DNA of 64,000 nucleotides from Candidatus Cloacimonadales bacterium. Lineage in GTDB: Bacteria; Cloacimonadota; Cloacimonadia; Cloacimonadales; DAONDQ01. Numbering within the stretch: position 1 is the stretch's first letter; each line of letters opens with the position of its first letter. The notes under the pieces were generated by a model. It did not search any database. It worked only from the letters and a program-made list of their open reading frames with translations, and was not told the DNA's origin. Below, one piece after another: positions 21,223 to 30,050 of this stretch. The DNA is taken from the NCBI GenBank assembly GCA_963662275.1, contig OY759316.1, positions 1,632,001-1,696,000 on the forward strand, read 5' to 3'. A program made the position numbers and the translations under genes.

Positions 21223-21970
21223 TAATACTACTATCATTAAACTTCGAGAGATGCTGTTAAATGGCATGGCAGATGCCTACCGAAATCAGGTTAACGATAA
21301 ATCACTGGAAAACTACAGCTTTGACGAGCGCTTTGGCATGCTGGTTGATATAGAATGGGATAAGCGCAAGAATAATAGGCTTAAACGTCTGATTCACGGT
21401 GCCGGCTTCAAGTTCAGTAATGCGAGTATAGCAGATATTGACTACCATGAAGACAGGAAACTTGATCGTAGTGCAATCGTTGAATTGGCGTCATGTTCTT
21501 TTATTGGAGAGAATGAGAATATCATCATCACCGGAGCATCGGGAAGCGGTAAAACATGGCTGGCTTGCGCATTTGGCATAGCTGCCTGCAAGAAATACTT
21601 CACTGTAAAATACGTCCGCCTGCCTGAACTGTTGGATGACCTCGCTGTTAGTCGTTGTGAAGGCGGGCATCAAAGAGTCATAGACAGATATGCCAATGCT
21701 AAACTGCTGATACTTGATGAATGGCTGTTAACCAGGATAAACGAACAGGAAGCTAAAGATCTCTTTGAAATAGTCGAGATGAGGTATTCCAAAGCATCTA
21801 CGGTCTTGTGCTCTCAGTTCAAAACCGGAGGATGGCACGAGAAGATTGGACAACCCACTCTCGCTGATGCCATCCTTGACCGGCTTGTTCATAACTCTCA
21901 CCATATATTTATCGATGGGAAGATGTCAATGAGAGAACGCAAGGGAATAAAACAAATCAATAGAAAATAG
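21215..21970 (+). CDS. istB: IS21 helper AAA+ ATPase IstB
   Basis: Walker A GASGSGKT, Walker B LLILDE, ADAILDRL. Overlaps the istA stop. Confidence 0.95.
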   Translation: MTNNTTIIKLREMLLNGMADAYRNQVNDKSLENYSFDERFGMLVDIEWDKRKNNRLKRLIHGAGFKFSNASIADIDYHEDRKLDRSAIVELASCSFIGENENIIITGASGSGKTWLACAFGIAACKKYFTVKYVRLPELLDDLAVSRCEGGHQRVIDRYANAKLLILDEWLLTRINEQEAKDLFEIVEMRYSKASTVLCSQFKTGGWHEKIGQPTLADAILDRLVHNSHHIFIDGKMSMRERKGIKQINRK

Positions 21971-22192
21971 CCTATTGCCCATTAGGCGCAACGTTCCGGC
22001 TGCTGCTTCGCTCGGACTACGTCCTCTCTCCGCAGCAGCCGGAACAGAATCTTGCCAAACACTGCAGATATTATGTTATATGGCGATCAGATACGTAGTG
22101 TGGCTCAAAAAGACAATATAGTATGGCTCAATTATAGTGGAGCACTGGCTCAACTTAATCGGACAAGGTGGCTTTTCTGAGCGGAATATGCA

Positions 22193-22872
22193 GATTCTGG
22201 GATTCAGTATCGGAGACAGTGAGAGCGAGAGCAGTTGGGGAGATCTTTTTGCCTCTCTGAAAAGTCGGGGATTGCAGGGAGTGAAAATGATAGTTTCAGA
22301 TGCACATACAGGAATTAGAAAAGCGATGTCCCGTTATTTTCAGGGTACCGCCTGGCAGAGGTGCAGAGTACACTTTATCAGGGAATTGGGTAACAGGGTA
22401 ACAAACCGCCATCGCAAGGAACTAGCGGAGGATATCCGTTCCGTATTCAAGAGTGACAGGAAAAATATCTGTATGCTGGTTGCAGAAGAAGTGGCGGAAA
22501 AATGGTCAAAGAGAAGTCCTTCCGTGAGCAAAAACCTGTTGGCGGGGATTGAAGATTGCCTAACGACAAAAGGTCTTCCTCCCCTACATGAACTTCGCCT
22601 GTCCAGTACCAATATGCTGGAAAGACTGATGAGGGAATGCAAGCGCAGGACGAGAGTCGTAAGTATTTTTCCAAATGAAGCATCCTGTTTGAGATATATA
22701 GGCATGCTGCTGATAGAAACGCATGAAAGCTGGTTACAGGAAAGAATAACAGGTACATATATTGGAAAAAAAGTAGATTGCCGGAAGCTAAATTTCAGCA
22801 AAATAAAACAGAGTGCGTAGGTGGTAACTTCAATGATCCCTACTCGAATTTACAGAAAACTATGGACACAAC
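22193..22872 (+). pseudogene. 3' remnant of an IS256-family element (transposase C-terminal part plus right IR)
   Basis: ILG...ESESSW, LKSRGL, SDAHTG, QRCRVH, STNMLER and RRTRVVSIFPN motifs. IS256-like end TTTACAGAAAACTATGGACACAAC. The 5' half is missing at the IS21 junction. Confidence 0.88.
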
Positions 22873-22886
22873 TTTGTGGACTAAGA

Positions 22887-23316
22887 CACGACTGATGCGC
22901 CATCTTATTTGGAGCGCCATCTATCTTGATGGTGCTACGTGCTCTTTCCAGAGGACGTATTGTCTGGAGTTTCCGCAGGCATACGTGGGCAAAATAGCCC
23001 ACATAGCACCACCAGTATAGGTGGCGCCCCATGCCTGGAGCGCTATTTTATTTGGAGCGCCATCTATCTTGATGGTGCTACGTGCTCTTTCAGAGGACGT
23101 ATTGTCAGGAGTTTTCGGAGGCATACGTGGGCAAAATAGCCCACATAGCACCACCAGTATAGGTGGCGACCCATGACTGGAACGCCATTTTATTTGGAGT
23201 GCCATCTTTTCAGATGGTGCTACGTGCTCTTTCCAGAGGACGTATTGTCTGGAGTTTCCGCAGGCATACGTGGGCAAAATAGCCCACATAGCACCACCAG
23301 TATAGGTGGCGCTCCA
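22887..23316. repeat. Three tandem ~143-bp multi-hairpin (REP-doublet/BIME-like) units
   Basis: GGAGYGCCATC at 22911, 23054 and 23196. Each unit is closed by an inverted GGTGGCGC(T)CCA and contains several internal hairpins. Confidence 0.9.
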
Positions 23317-23649
23317 GAAGCATTACTTAACAAGTACCAGTTCCTGTTTATATGCTTCCCGCTACAGCTTAACATGCAAAATAAACACCGGAAACTACTG
23401 ATGATTTGTCATCATTTACTAATCTTGATTTATACTTAGGTAAGGGCATACAAAATTCGGCAAAGGTTGAAGATTAGAGGAAGTTCTCACTTTGCTTACA
23501 TTTTCATCATTGAAAGAAGAAGAATGGATACAATGCAATGTAAAAAGATATTAAATATGAGTCAAATATGTTGACAGATGGCATGTTATTTTCAAAATAA
23601 AATTACTAGTCGGGAAATAGAGAAAGATTATCCTTCTTAAGGAGTCGAA

Positions 23650-24900
23650 ATGGATAGGGATATTTCCGGAATCCAGAAGCATCAGAAAATCAGAAAGCTT
23701 ATTATTATTATATTCAGCATTTTGCTTCTATTGCTGATTCTACGTTTTTATGTCATTTCCGTGATTAATTTTGCCCGGGTCAATAGGAATGATATTGAAA
23801 TCGCAAAGGTATATCAAGGCAATCTCGAAGGTTCATTTACTACTGAAGGGACAATAACTCCTGTGAAAATGTACCAGGTGGAAGCTACACTTGGCGGGAA
23901 AATAGAGAAAATAAAGAAAAATACCGGAGACAGGATTCATGCCGGTGAGACACTTCTTGTTCTCAGTAATGATGACCTGCAATTAAGCTTGATCACCCAG
24001 GAAACAGCAGTGACGGAGCAGGAGAATAATCTTAACAACGCCAAGATTGTACGCAATCAAAATAAATTAAGCAATAAGCGTTTGATAGCAGAGGCTCGTA
24101 ACAATTTGAGTAAAACAAGTCGGGATGTCAAATCCCAGCAGTCTCTTTATAAAAAAGGCTACATTCCTACAGACGACTATAATCAAATTTTGGATGACAA
24201 TAAACTAGCCGAAACGAATTATGAATGCCTGCTGGAAGAAGCAAAGTCAGATTCTCTTTTCAGGGAACAGCAAATATCACAATTGCAGCAGTCTCTTACA
24301 CAGATTAGACGCAGCATGGATCAAGTACGTTCACGCATCAATGGTTTGGTGATAAAAGCTCCTATCGATGGTGTCATCACGGAAATGGACCTGGTTCCAG
24401 GGCAAATGGTAGCAATGGGTTCAAAGATAGCTGTGATTGAAGATACTGATCATTACTTTGTACAAGCTAAGGTTGACCAGTACTATCTACCTCAGCTCAA
24501 TCTGAATTGTAAAGCACGTATTCAGCTTGATAACCGGGAAATATGGCTAACTATTTCCAAAATACAACCCAAGCTCTCCAATCAGAATATACTTGTTGAC
24601 CTGGTTGGCACTCTTTCAGCAGATATCAAATCAGGACAGACTGTCACTGTTGACATCATTGCCAATACCATTCCCAATGTACTTATCCTTCCGCAAGGAC
24701 AATATCTCATCGATTCAGCCTCTAAGTGGGTTTTTGTTATTAAACCCGGTGGTCACAAAGTAGAGAAAAGACAGGTTACCTTCGGTTCCCGTAATATGAA
24801 AGAGATTCAAGTCACATCCGGTTTAAAAGAGGGGGAAGAGGTGATAGTATCTTCCTACAGGGATTGGCTTAACAAACAAGCACTTATCATTAAGAAATAG
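23650..24900 (+). CDS. Periplasmic adaptor (membrane fusion protein) of a MacAB-type exporter
   Basis: N-terminal TM, lipoyl half-motifs (GGKIEKI...GD, IKAPIDG), coiled coil, C-terminal GLKEGEEVI. Confidence 0.9.
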   Translation: MDRDISGIQKHQKIRKLIIIIFSILLLLLILRFYVISVINFARVNRNDIEIAKVYQGNLEGSFTTEGTITPVKMYQVEATLGGKIEKIKKNTGDRIHAGETLLVLSNDDLQLSLITQETAVTEQENNLNNAKIVRNQNKLSNKRLIAEARNNLSKTSRDVKSQQSLYKKGYIPTDDYNQILDDNKLAETNYECLLEEAKSDSLFREQQISQLQQSLTQIRRSMDQVRSRINGLVIKAPIDGVITEMDLVPGQMVAMGSKIAVIEDTDHYFVQAKVDQYYLPQLNLNCKARIQLDNREIWLTISKIQPKLSNQNILVDLVGTLSADIKSGQTVTVDIIANTIPNVLILPQGQYLIDSASKWVFVIKPGGHKVEKRQVTFGSRNMKEIQVTSGLKEGEEVIVSSYRDWLNKQALIIKK

Positions 24901-24908
24901 GGTGGAAT

Positions 24909-27323
24909 ATGCTGCTCCATGATTTTAAAAATGCTTTCCATACTTTAAGAAATGAGAAACTCAATTCAGGCATCGCTATAGGAGGCTTGGCAATCGGCTT
25001 ATTAGCTGCTTTTTTTCTTACATCTTACTGTTTGTACTTTTTCAATTATGACCGTAATGTTACTAATCCTGATCAATGGTATAGACTAAGATTAACAACC
25101 ACTTCCCCCACAGATGGCGAACAAAATTACAGCGGGTTTTATTTAGATACAGCAGGGATTATGATTCATGAGATTCCTGCTATTTCAGATTATATCATTC
25201 AATGGGATTTGGGACTCGGGGTTAACTTCAGTTGTGATGGAAAAACATTGCCAATTGGTACCCAAACTCTTGTGACACCAAGTTTCATAGATCACTACAA
25301 GTTGAGATTTATCTACGGTGATCGCGATACTTTGTTCAGCAGTGAGAAGAATTTCATTATCAGCGAATCATTCTCAAAGAGAAACTTCGGAAACATCAAT
25401 CCTGTAGGAAAGGTCGTGTCTATCTTTCATCATCCTGCTTTTATCATTTCAGGTGTCTTCGAAGACTTACCGCCAAACTTGCATCTACGGAGTGATGTTT
25501 ACAGGAAAGTAAAGCCTCAAATGAATAAAGCGGATTCTACAAATGACTATATAAATAGAGTTCCGGTTCAAGTACGAATTCAAAATCCTGCAGATGTGCC
25601 TAAAGTGGAACAGGCTTTCAATGCTCTCTTTGTGAAGAATCCTTTCTTTGGAGATACAACAGATAGGAAAACTGTCAAACTCGATCCTGTGACACGCATT
25701 CACTATATGGCTGGACTCCATGACGACCAACCTACTGTTAACCGCTCAAATTTCCTTGCAGTCATGATCATTGGCATCCTTATCCTGCTGGCAGCAATCC
25801 TCAATTTCCTCAATTTAATGATGTTATCATGGCAGAAACGTAACTCCGAATTTACATACAGAAGAGCTGTAGGTGCTGCTCGAAGTGATATTCTTTCGCA
25901 ATTACTGACCGAGTATTTATTTGCTTTCCTCATTGCTGTCATTATCAGCCTGGTTCTTTATACCTTAGTTATCAGTCTATTTGCTAACTTCGTAGGACTT
26001 GATCTGCATTCATACACTTTAAACCAGGGAATGCTGCCGCTTTATACAACTCTAATCTTACTGGTTGCAGGCTTTGGAACAGACCTCATGGCAGCGCATC
26101 GGTTTGCTGGTAAATTTCTCTTTAAAGAAGAAGATCTTTATCGGAATAAAGAAACAGGCAGTTATGCGGTGCTTTTTATCCAAACAGTGATCGGTTTCCT
26201 GTTCATTACGCTTGCCTTATTAACGAGCTATCAAATGGCATTTATTTTTCATCATAACCTGGGTTTTGATGCTAAAAATACAGTTCAATATTTCTATGTT
26301 ACTCTTCTCAACCAGCCGGATAGACCTCAATTTTATGATGGAAATGTGCTTCGAAGTCGTATCAGGGCAATTCCGGGAGTCATAAAAGAAAGTGCTTCAG
26401 AGTTTAGTATTGCAGCAGATAGGTTCAGTAGGCAAGCTAATTTTCAAGAAGGTAAGGTTATCTTGCAGGACAAATTTAATCAGAGAAGGATTCCCATCTT
26501 ATGTATCGGAGCTGCTTCTGATTTTATAGCAAAAAGAAATATCAAATTACTTCAAGGTCGTTTACCGTACAAGGATGCGCCTGACGAGGTGATTATAAAT
26601 CGGACTTTTGCTGAAAAATACTTTCCTCACAGTTCTCCATTGGGAAGCTATCTAAAAGATACTGATACTGGTACTTTACCTGATGATTTTGATACTATCG
26701 TGGGTGTTGTAGATGATGTCTGGTATTTTCCCATGCACAATGTCATGCCTTCGCTCGTGTATTTCTTACATCCGACGAAGTATGATTATTACCAAATTAC
26801 TTATGAGAAAGGCAAAAAACAGGAAGTCATTTCCAAACTTAATAACTTATTCACCGAAATAAGTAAAGATAGGTTGTTAGGATTCAGTAGTGTGGATATA
26901 GCCCAGGAGCAAAAGAAGTTTTACATGGATGATTCCATTTACGTAAGACTAGCAATGCTTTTTGCGTTTCTCATAATCCTGATTTCCGGAATGGGGATTT
27001 ATGCCGTCAGTTCCTTACATATCAGGCGCCAAATGAAGGACATAGCTATCCGTAAAGTATGTGGTGCTGAATTCAAAGACCTCTTTCGCCATTATATGAA
27101 AAACTATTTGCTATTGATTATTGCAGCAGGTGTAACAGGATTATTTGTAGCTTATTATCTGTTTAAGCTCTTTCAGGACAGATTTATTCTGCATCCGACA
27201 TATCCCTGGTTTTTCTATCCGATCAGCATAGCAATTGTGTCAGCACTTGTTTTGGTGCCTCTCTATTTCAACTTGCTCAAAGCTTGGAAATCGGATCCAA
27301 ACCGTTACCTTCAATCTGAATAA
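24909..27323 (+). CDS. ABC transporter permease, duplicated MacB/FtsX type
   Basis: Two MacB periplasmic + FtsX halves (RRAVGA, IAIRKVCGA). Confidence 0.88.
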   Translation: MLLHDFKNAFHTLRNEKLNSGIAIGGLAIGLLAAFFLTSYCLYFFNYDRNVTNPDQWYRLRLTTTSPTDGEQNYSGFYLDTAGIMIHEIPAISDYIIQWDLGLGVNFSCDGKTLPIGTQTLVTPSFIDHYKLRFIYGDRDTLFSSEKNFIISESFSKRNFGNINPVGKVVSIFHHPAFIISGVFEDLPPNLHLRSDVYRKVKPQMNKADSTNDYINRVPVQVRIQNPADVPKVEQAFNALFVKNPFFGDTTDRKTVKLDPVTRIHYMAGLHDDQPTVNRSNFLAVMIIGILILLAAILNFLNLMMLSWQKRNSEFTYRRAVGAARSDILSQLLTEYLFAFLIAVIISLVLYTLVISLFANFVGLDLHSYTLNQGMLPLYTTLILLVAGFGTDLMAAHRFAGKFLFKEEDLYRNKETGSYAVLFIQTVIGFLFITLALLTSYQMAFIFHHNLGFDAKNTVQYFYVTLLNQPDRPQFYDGNVLRSRIRAIPGVIKESASEFSIAADRFSRQANFQEGKVILQDKFNQRRIPILCIGAASDFIAKRNIKLLQGRLPYKDAPDEVIINRTFAEKYFPHSSPLGSYLKDTDTGTLPDDFDTIVGVVDDVWYFPMHNVMPSLVYFLHPTKYDYYQITYEKGKKQEVISKLNNLFTEISKDRLLGFSSVDIAQEQKKFYMDDSIYVRLAMLFAFLIILISGMGIYAVSSLHIRRQMKDIAIRKVCGAEFKDLFRHYMKNYLLLIIAAGVTGLFVAYYLFKLFQDRFILHPTYPWFFYPISIAIVSALVLVPLYFNLLKAWKSDPNRYLQSE

Positions 27324-27337
27324 ATTCGGGAGAATAT

Positions 27338-28000
27338 ATGGTAAAATTAACAGATATCAGCAGAGTCTTTAGGACTGATACAGTGGAAACAACTGCCTTG
27401 AATCATATCAATTTGCATATAGAAAAAGGTGCCTTCATTGCAATCAAAGGTCCTTCCGGATGCGGGAAATCAACATTGTTGAATATCCTGGGATTGATGG
27501 ATAAACCAACTTCCGGTCAACTTGTGCTCAATGGAAAAGAGACCTTTGTTATGAAAGAAAAGGAACGTAATTTCCTGCGCAAGCATACGATTGGCTTTGT
27601 TTTCCAGAAATTCAACCTCATTGATTCATTGACCATATTTGAGAACGTGGAATTACCCTTACTTTATCTACGGCAAAGTGCGGATAAAAGAAAGAAAGCA
27701 GTCCTTGAAGTTTTAGAACAGCTTGAACTTGGACACAGAACAAAGCATTACCCTTACCAGTTATCTGGTGGACAGCAACAAAGAGCTGCTATGGCACGTT
27801 GCCTTGTTTCCAATCCTGAACTTATCCTGGCTGACGAACCCACAGGTAACTTGGATTCTGAGAATGGAATGCAAGTCATGCATCTTCTTCAGCAAATGAA
27901 TCAAAATGGCAAGACGATCATCATGGTGACTCATGATGACAACTATGCTAAATTTGCTTCACGAATATTGTATTTGTTCGATGGAGAGTTCAATTCATAA
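27338..28000 (+). CDS. ABC transporter ATP-binding subunit (LolD/MacB type)
   Basis: [26 protein letters not shown] and VTHD motifs. Confidence 0.95.
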   Translation: MVKLTDISRVFRTDTVETTALNHINLHIEKGAFIAIKGPSGCGKSTLLNILGLMDKPTSGQLVLNGKETFVMKEKERNFLRKHTIGFVFQKFNLIDSLTIFENVELPLLYLRQSADKRKKAVLEVLEQLELGHRTKHYPYQLSGGQQQRAAMARCLVSNPELILADEPTGNLDSENGMQVMHLLQQMNQNGKTIIMVTHDDNYAKFASRILYLFDGEFNS

Positions 28001-28112
28001 TGAACAGTCTCTACCCATTCGCTGCATATTTAGATGAGTTTTACTTGACAGATACATTTCATGAGCAAATTCTCTGTTTTCAAGTGTATGTAACTACATA
28101 AAGGAATTGTTT

Positions 28113-29171
28113 ATGATAACAGACATCAAGACTTGGCTGGAAAAGGGGAAAAATGTTTCCAAAGAGGCATTAGACTGTATTTATGATGGCGTTTATATCG
28201 TCAATCCTGATCGAGAAATTGTCTTTTGGAATCGGGGAGCTGAACAGATTACAGGATATAAAAAAGAAAAAGTCACAGGATTCTGGTGTGGGGATAATAT
28301 TTTGAATCATATCGATGAAAACGGTATCTTGCTTTGTAGGGGAGGCTGTCCGATTGTGCAAACGATGAAGGACGGAAAACCCATTGAAATGAAAGTCTAT
28401 CCGAAGCATCAGGACGGACATCGCTTCCCTGTAGAAACCCATATCTCCTGTCTTCGGGATGATGAAGGCAATATACTCGGAGTTATTGAAGTATTCCGTG
28501 ATATCTCTCACCAGGAAGAGTATAGGATTTTACAGGAGAAATTCAAAAACCTGATTAAACGCTATGTCTCAACGACAACCTTCGATGAAATACAGTCCAG
28601 GATTATAAATAATTCCGATATCAATAACCCTAGGATTCTGGATATGAGCGTTCTCTATCTTGATATTATAAATTTTACAGGATATACAGAAAACCGAAAT
28701 CCGCAGGAAGTTGTGGAAATGCTGAATGACTTGTTTGGCATTTGTGAAGTGATAACGAGGGAACACTTTGGCGATATCGATAAATATATCGGAGATGCCG
28801 TCATGGCTGTATTTTCCGATGCTAATGATGCTGTCAGAGCGGCAGAGAAAATGCTGACAATTGGACTATTGATCATGAACGAAATCCGTGCAAAAGAGGG
28901 ACTCCCTGAAATATGTGTACGAATCGGCATTAACAGCGGTCCGGTTTTACAGGGAGATATTGGATCTTTTGAAAGAAAGGATCTGACCGTTATCGGTGAT
29001 AATGTGAACGTGGCTTCACGAGTGGAAAAACAAGCTCCCTCCAATCGTCTGATGATATCCGAGGCAACTCTCTCCCGTTTAGAGAAAAGAGAGTTTGATA
29101 AATTTGAAGCATTTGGGGTCATTCCCGTGAAAGGAAAAAGTGAACCTCTGAAGCTGTTTGTGCTGAAGTAA
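28113..29171 (+). CDS. Cytoplasmic PAS-domain class III adenylate/guanylate cyclase
   Basis: PAS (WNRGAEQITGY). Cyclase motifs YLDIINFT, DKYIGDAVM, RIGINSG, IGDNVNVASRVE and VKGK. Confidence 0.92.
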   Translation: MITDIKTWLEKGKNVSKEALDCIYDGVYIVNPDREIVFWNRGAEQITGYKKEKVTGFWCGDNILNHIDENGILLCRGGCPIVQTMKDGKPIEMKVYPKHQDGHRFPVETHISCLRDDEGNILGVIEVFRDISHQEEYRILQEKFKNLIKRYVSTTTFDEIQSRIINNSDINNPRILDMSVLYLDIINFTGYTENRNPQEVVEMLNDLFGICEVITREHFGDIDKYIGDAVMAVFSDANDAVRAAEKMLTIGLLIMNEIRAKEGLPEICVRIGINSGPVLQGDIGSFERKDLTVIGDNVNVASRVEKQAPSNRLMISEATLSRLEKREFDKFEAFGVIPVKGKSEPLKLFVLK

Positions 29172-29270
29172 GAGCGGAAGGAAATAGGGAGTAGGGAATA
29201 GCTCAGAGTTTGCGCCAATTCTTCATCGGCTGAAACGGTGAATTCTTTTGCCGAGAAGGTAACTATTAGC

Positions 29271-29343
29271 TTGTAGCTCTGGGTTTAACCGGTTGTAGCA
29301 AATGGTTTAACCGGTATTGTAGCTCCGGGTTTAACCGGTTGTA
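29271..29343. repeat. Three ~22-bp GTAG-headed REP-like units
   Basis: TTGTAGCnnnnGGTTTAACCGG at 29271, 29293 and 29317. Confidence 0.8.
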
Positions 29344-29372
29344 TTGTGTAAGTGTAATAAATTGTGCTATTC

Positions 29373-29510
29373 ATCCCCTCTTGGGAAGAAGGGGAATCGA
29401 CCGGAATCCCCCCTTGGGAAGGGGGGAATTGATCCTGACCGGAATCCCCCCTTGGGAAGGGGGGAATTGATCCTGACCGGAATCCCCCCTTGGGAAGGGG
29501 GGTAGGGGGG
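29373..29510. repeat. 38-bp tandem repeat with a CCCCCCTT-GGG-AAGGGGGG hairpin (3 copies, the last partial, plus 1 degenerate)
   Basis: CCGGAATCCCCCCTTGGGAAGGGGGG at 29401, 29439 and 29477. Confidence 0.9.
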
Positions 29511-30050
29511 TCTATTTATTCCGTGCTCTAATCTCTAGCCTTTGGTCTTCTGCATTCTACTCCTGGTTTTTCTAAACCGCAACATTCAGCATAGAAGTGT
29601 TACATAAACTGAATGATTTCTCTCTAGCTGCAATTGTCTGTAAATCGATATAGGATGCGATTGCCTCATTTTTAATTGCCTTCGAATCAAAAGAAATAGA
29701 CTTAACGTTATCACTTGAAAATTGAATCATTTGCTATAACAAACCCAGAAGAAATTTCAAATGAAATTTCACTTTCAATAAATTTCAGGGTGATTTTGAA
29801 ATAAATTGCGAATCATATTTATTAGGAATCTTGTAACACATTGGCTATTAATAGGATACGGATTTATTTCAAATCGTGTTTTAGGGAATATAAATTGCGT
29901 AGAACTGTATTGTTAATTTAGGAAAGTCACATGAATAGAATTCCTGAAAGCGATATTTGAGTCTGATTATTTCAATTATGGTGGATTTCTGCGGGGATTC
30001 TATTATGAATTGAACCTAATAACAGGATAAACAAATAAATAGGAGGAAGT

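Larger units (their letters stand above)
19503..22192 (+). mobile_element. IS21-family insertion sequence (~2.69 kb) with inactivated istA
   Basis: TG...CA termini. Perfect 33-bp subterminal inverted repeat AAGTTGAGCCAGTGCTCCACTATAATTGAGCCA (19539-19571 vs 22124-22156). Multiple TGAGCCA boxes ~22 bp apart at both ends. istA-istB pair. No flanking direct repeat. Confidence 0.92.

Noticed and set aside
22137..22820. Intact 227-aa transposase as listed in the ORF track
   Set aside because: The N-terminal residues are read from the IS21 right end, and the IS256 N-half including the first catalytic Asp is missing.
22887..23316. CRISPR array or coding repeats (ORFs 22921-23289, 22778-23020 etc.)
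   Set aside because: Whole 143-bp units are repeated with no unique spacers and no cas genes. The ORFs are translations of the repeat.
28655..29218. 187-aa antisense ORF and other short ORFs nested in or opposite long genes
   Set aside because: Shadow frames of well-supported genes, with no recognisable motifs.
29401..29510. Mini-CRISPR (38-bp palindromic repeat)
   Set aside because: The units are directly adjacent with identical linkers and no spacers.
29520..30050. Possible ncRNA or riboswitch in the long AT-rich leader of the protease
   Set aside because: Only weak AT-rich palindromes (e.g. AAATTTCAAATGAAATTT) and no recognisable RNA family motif.
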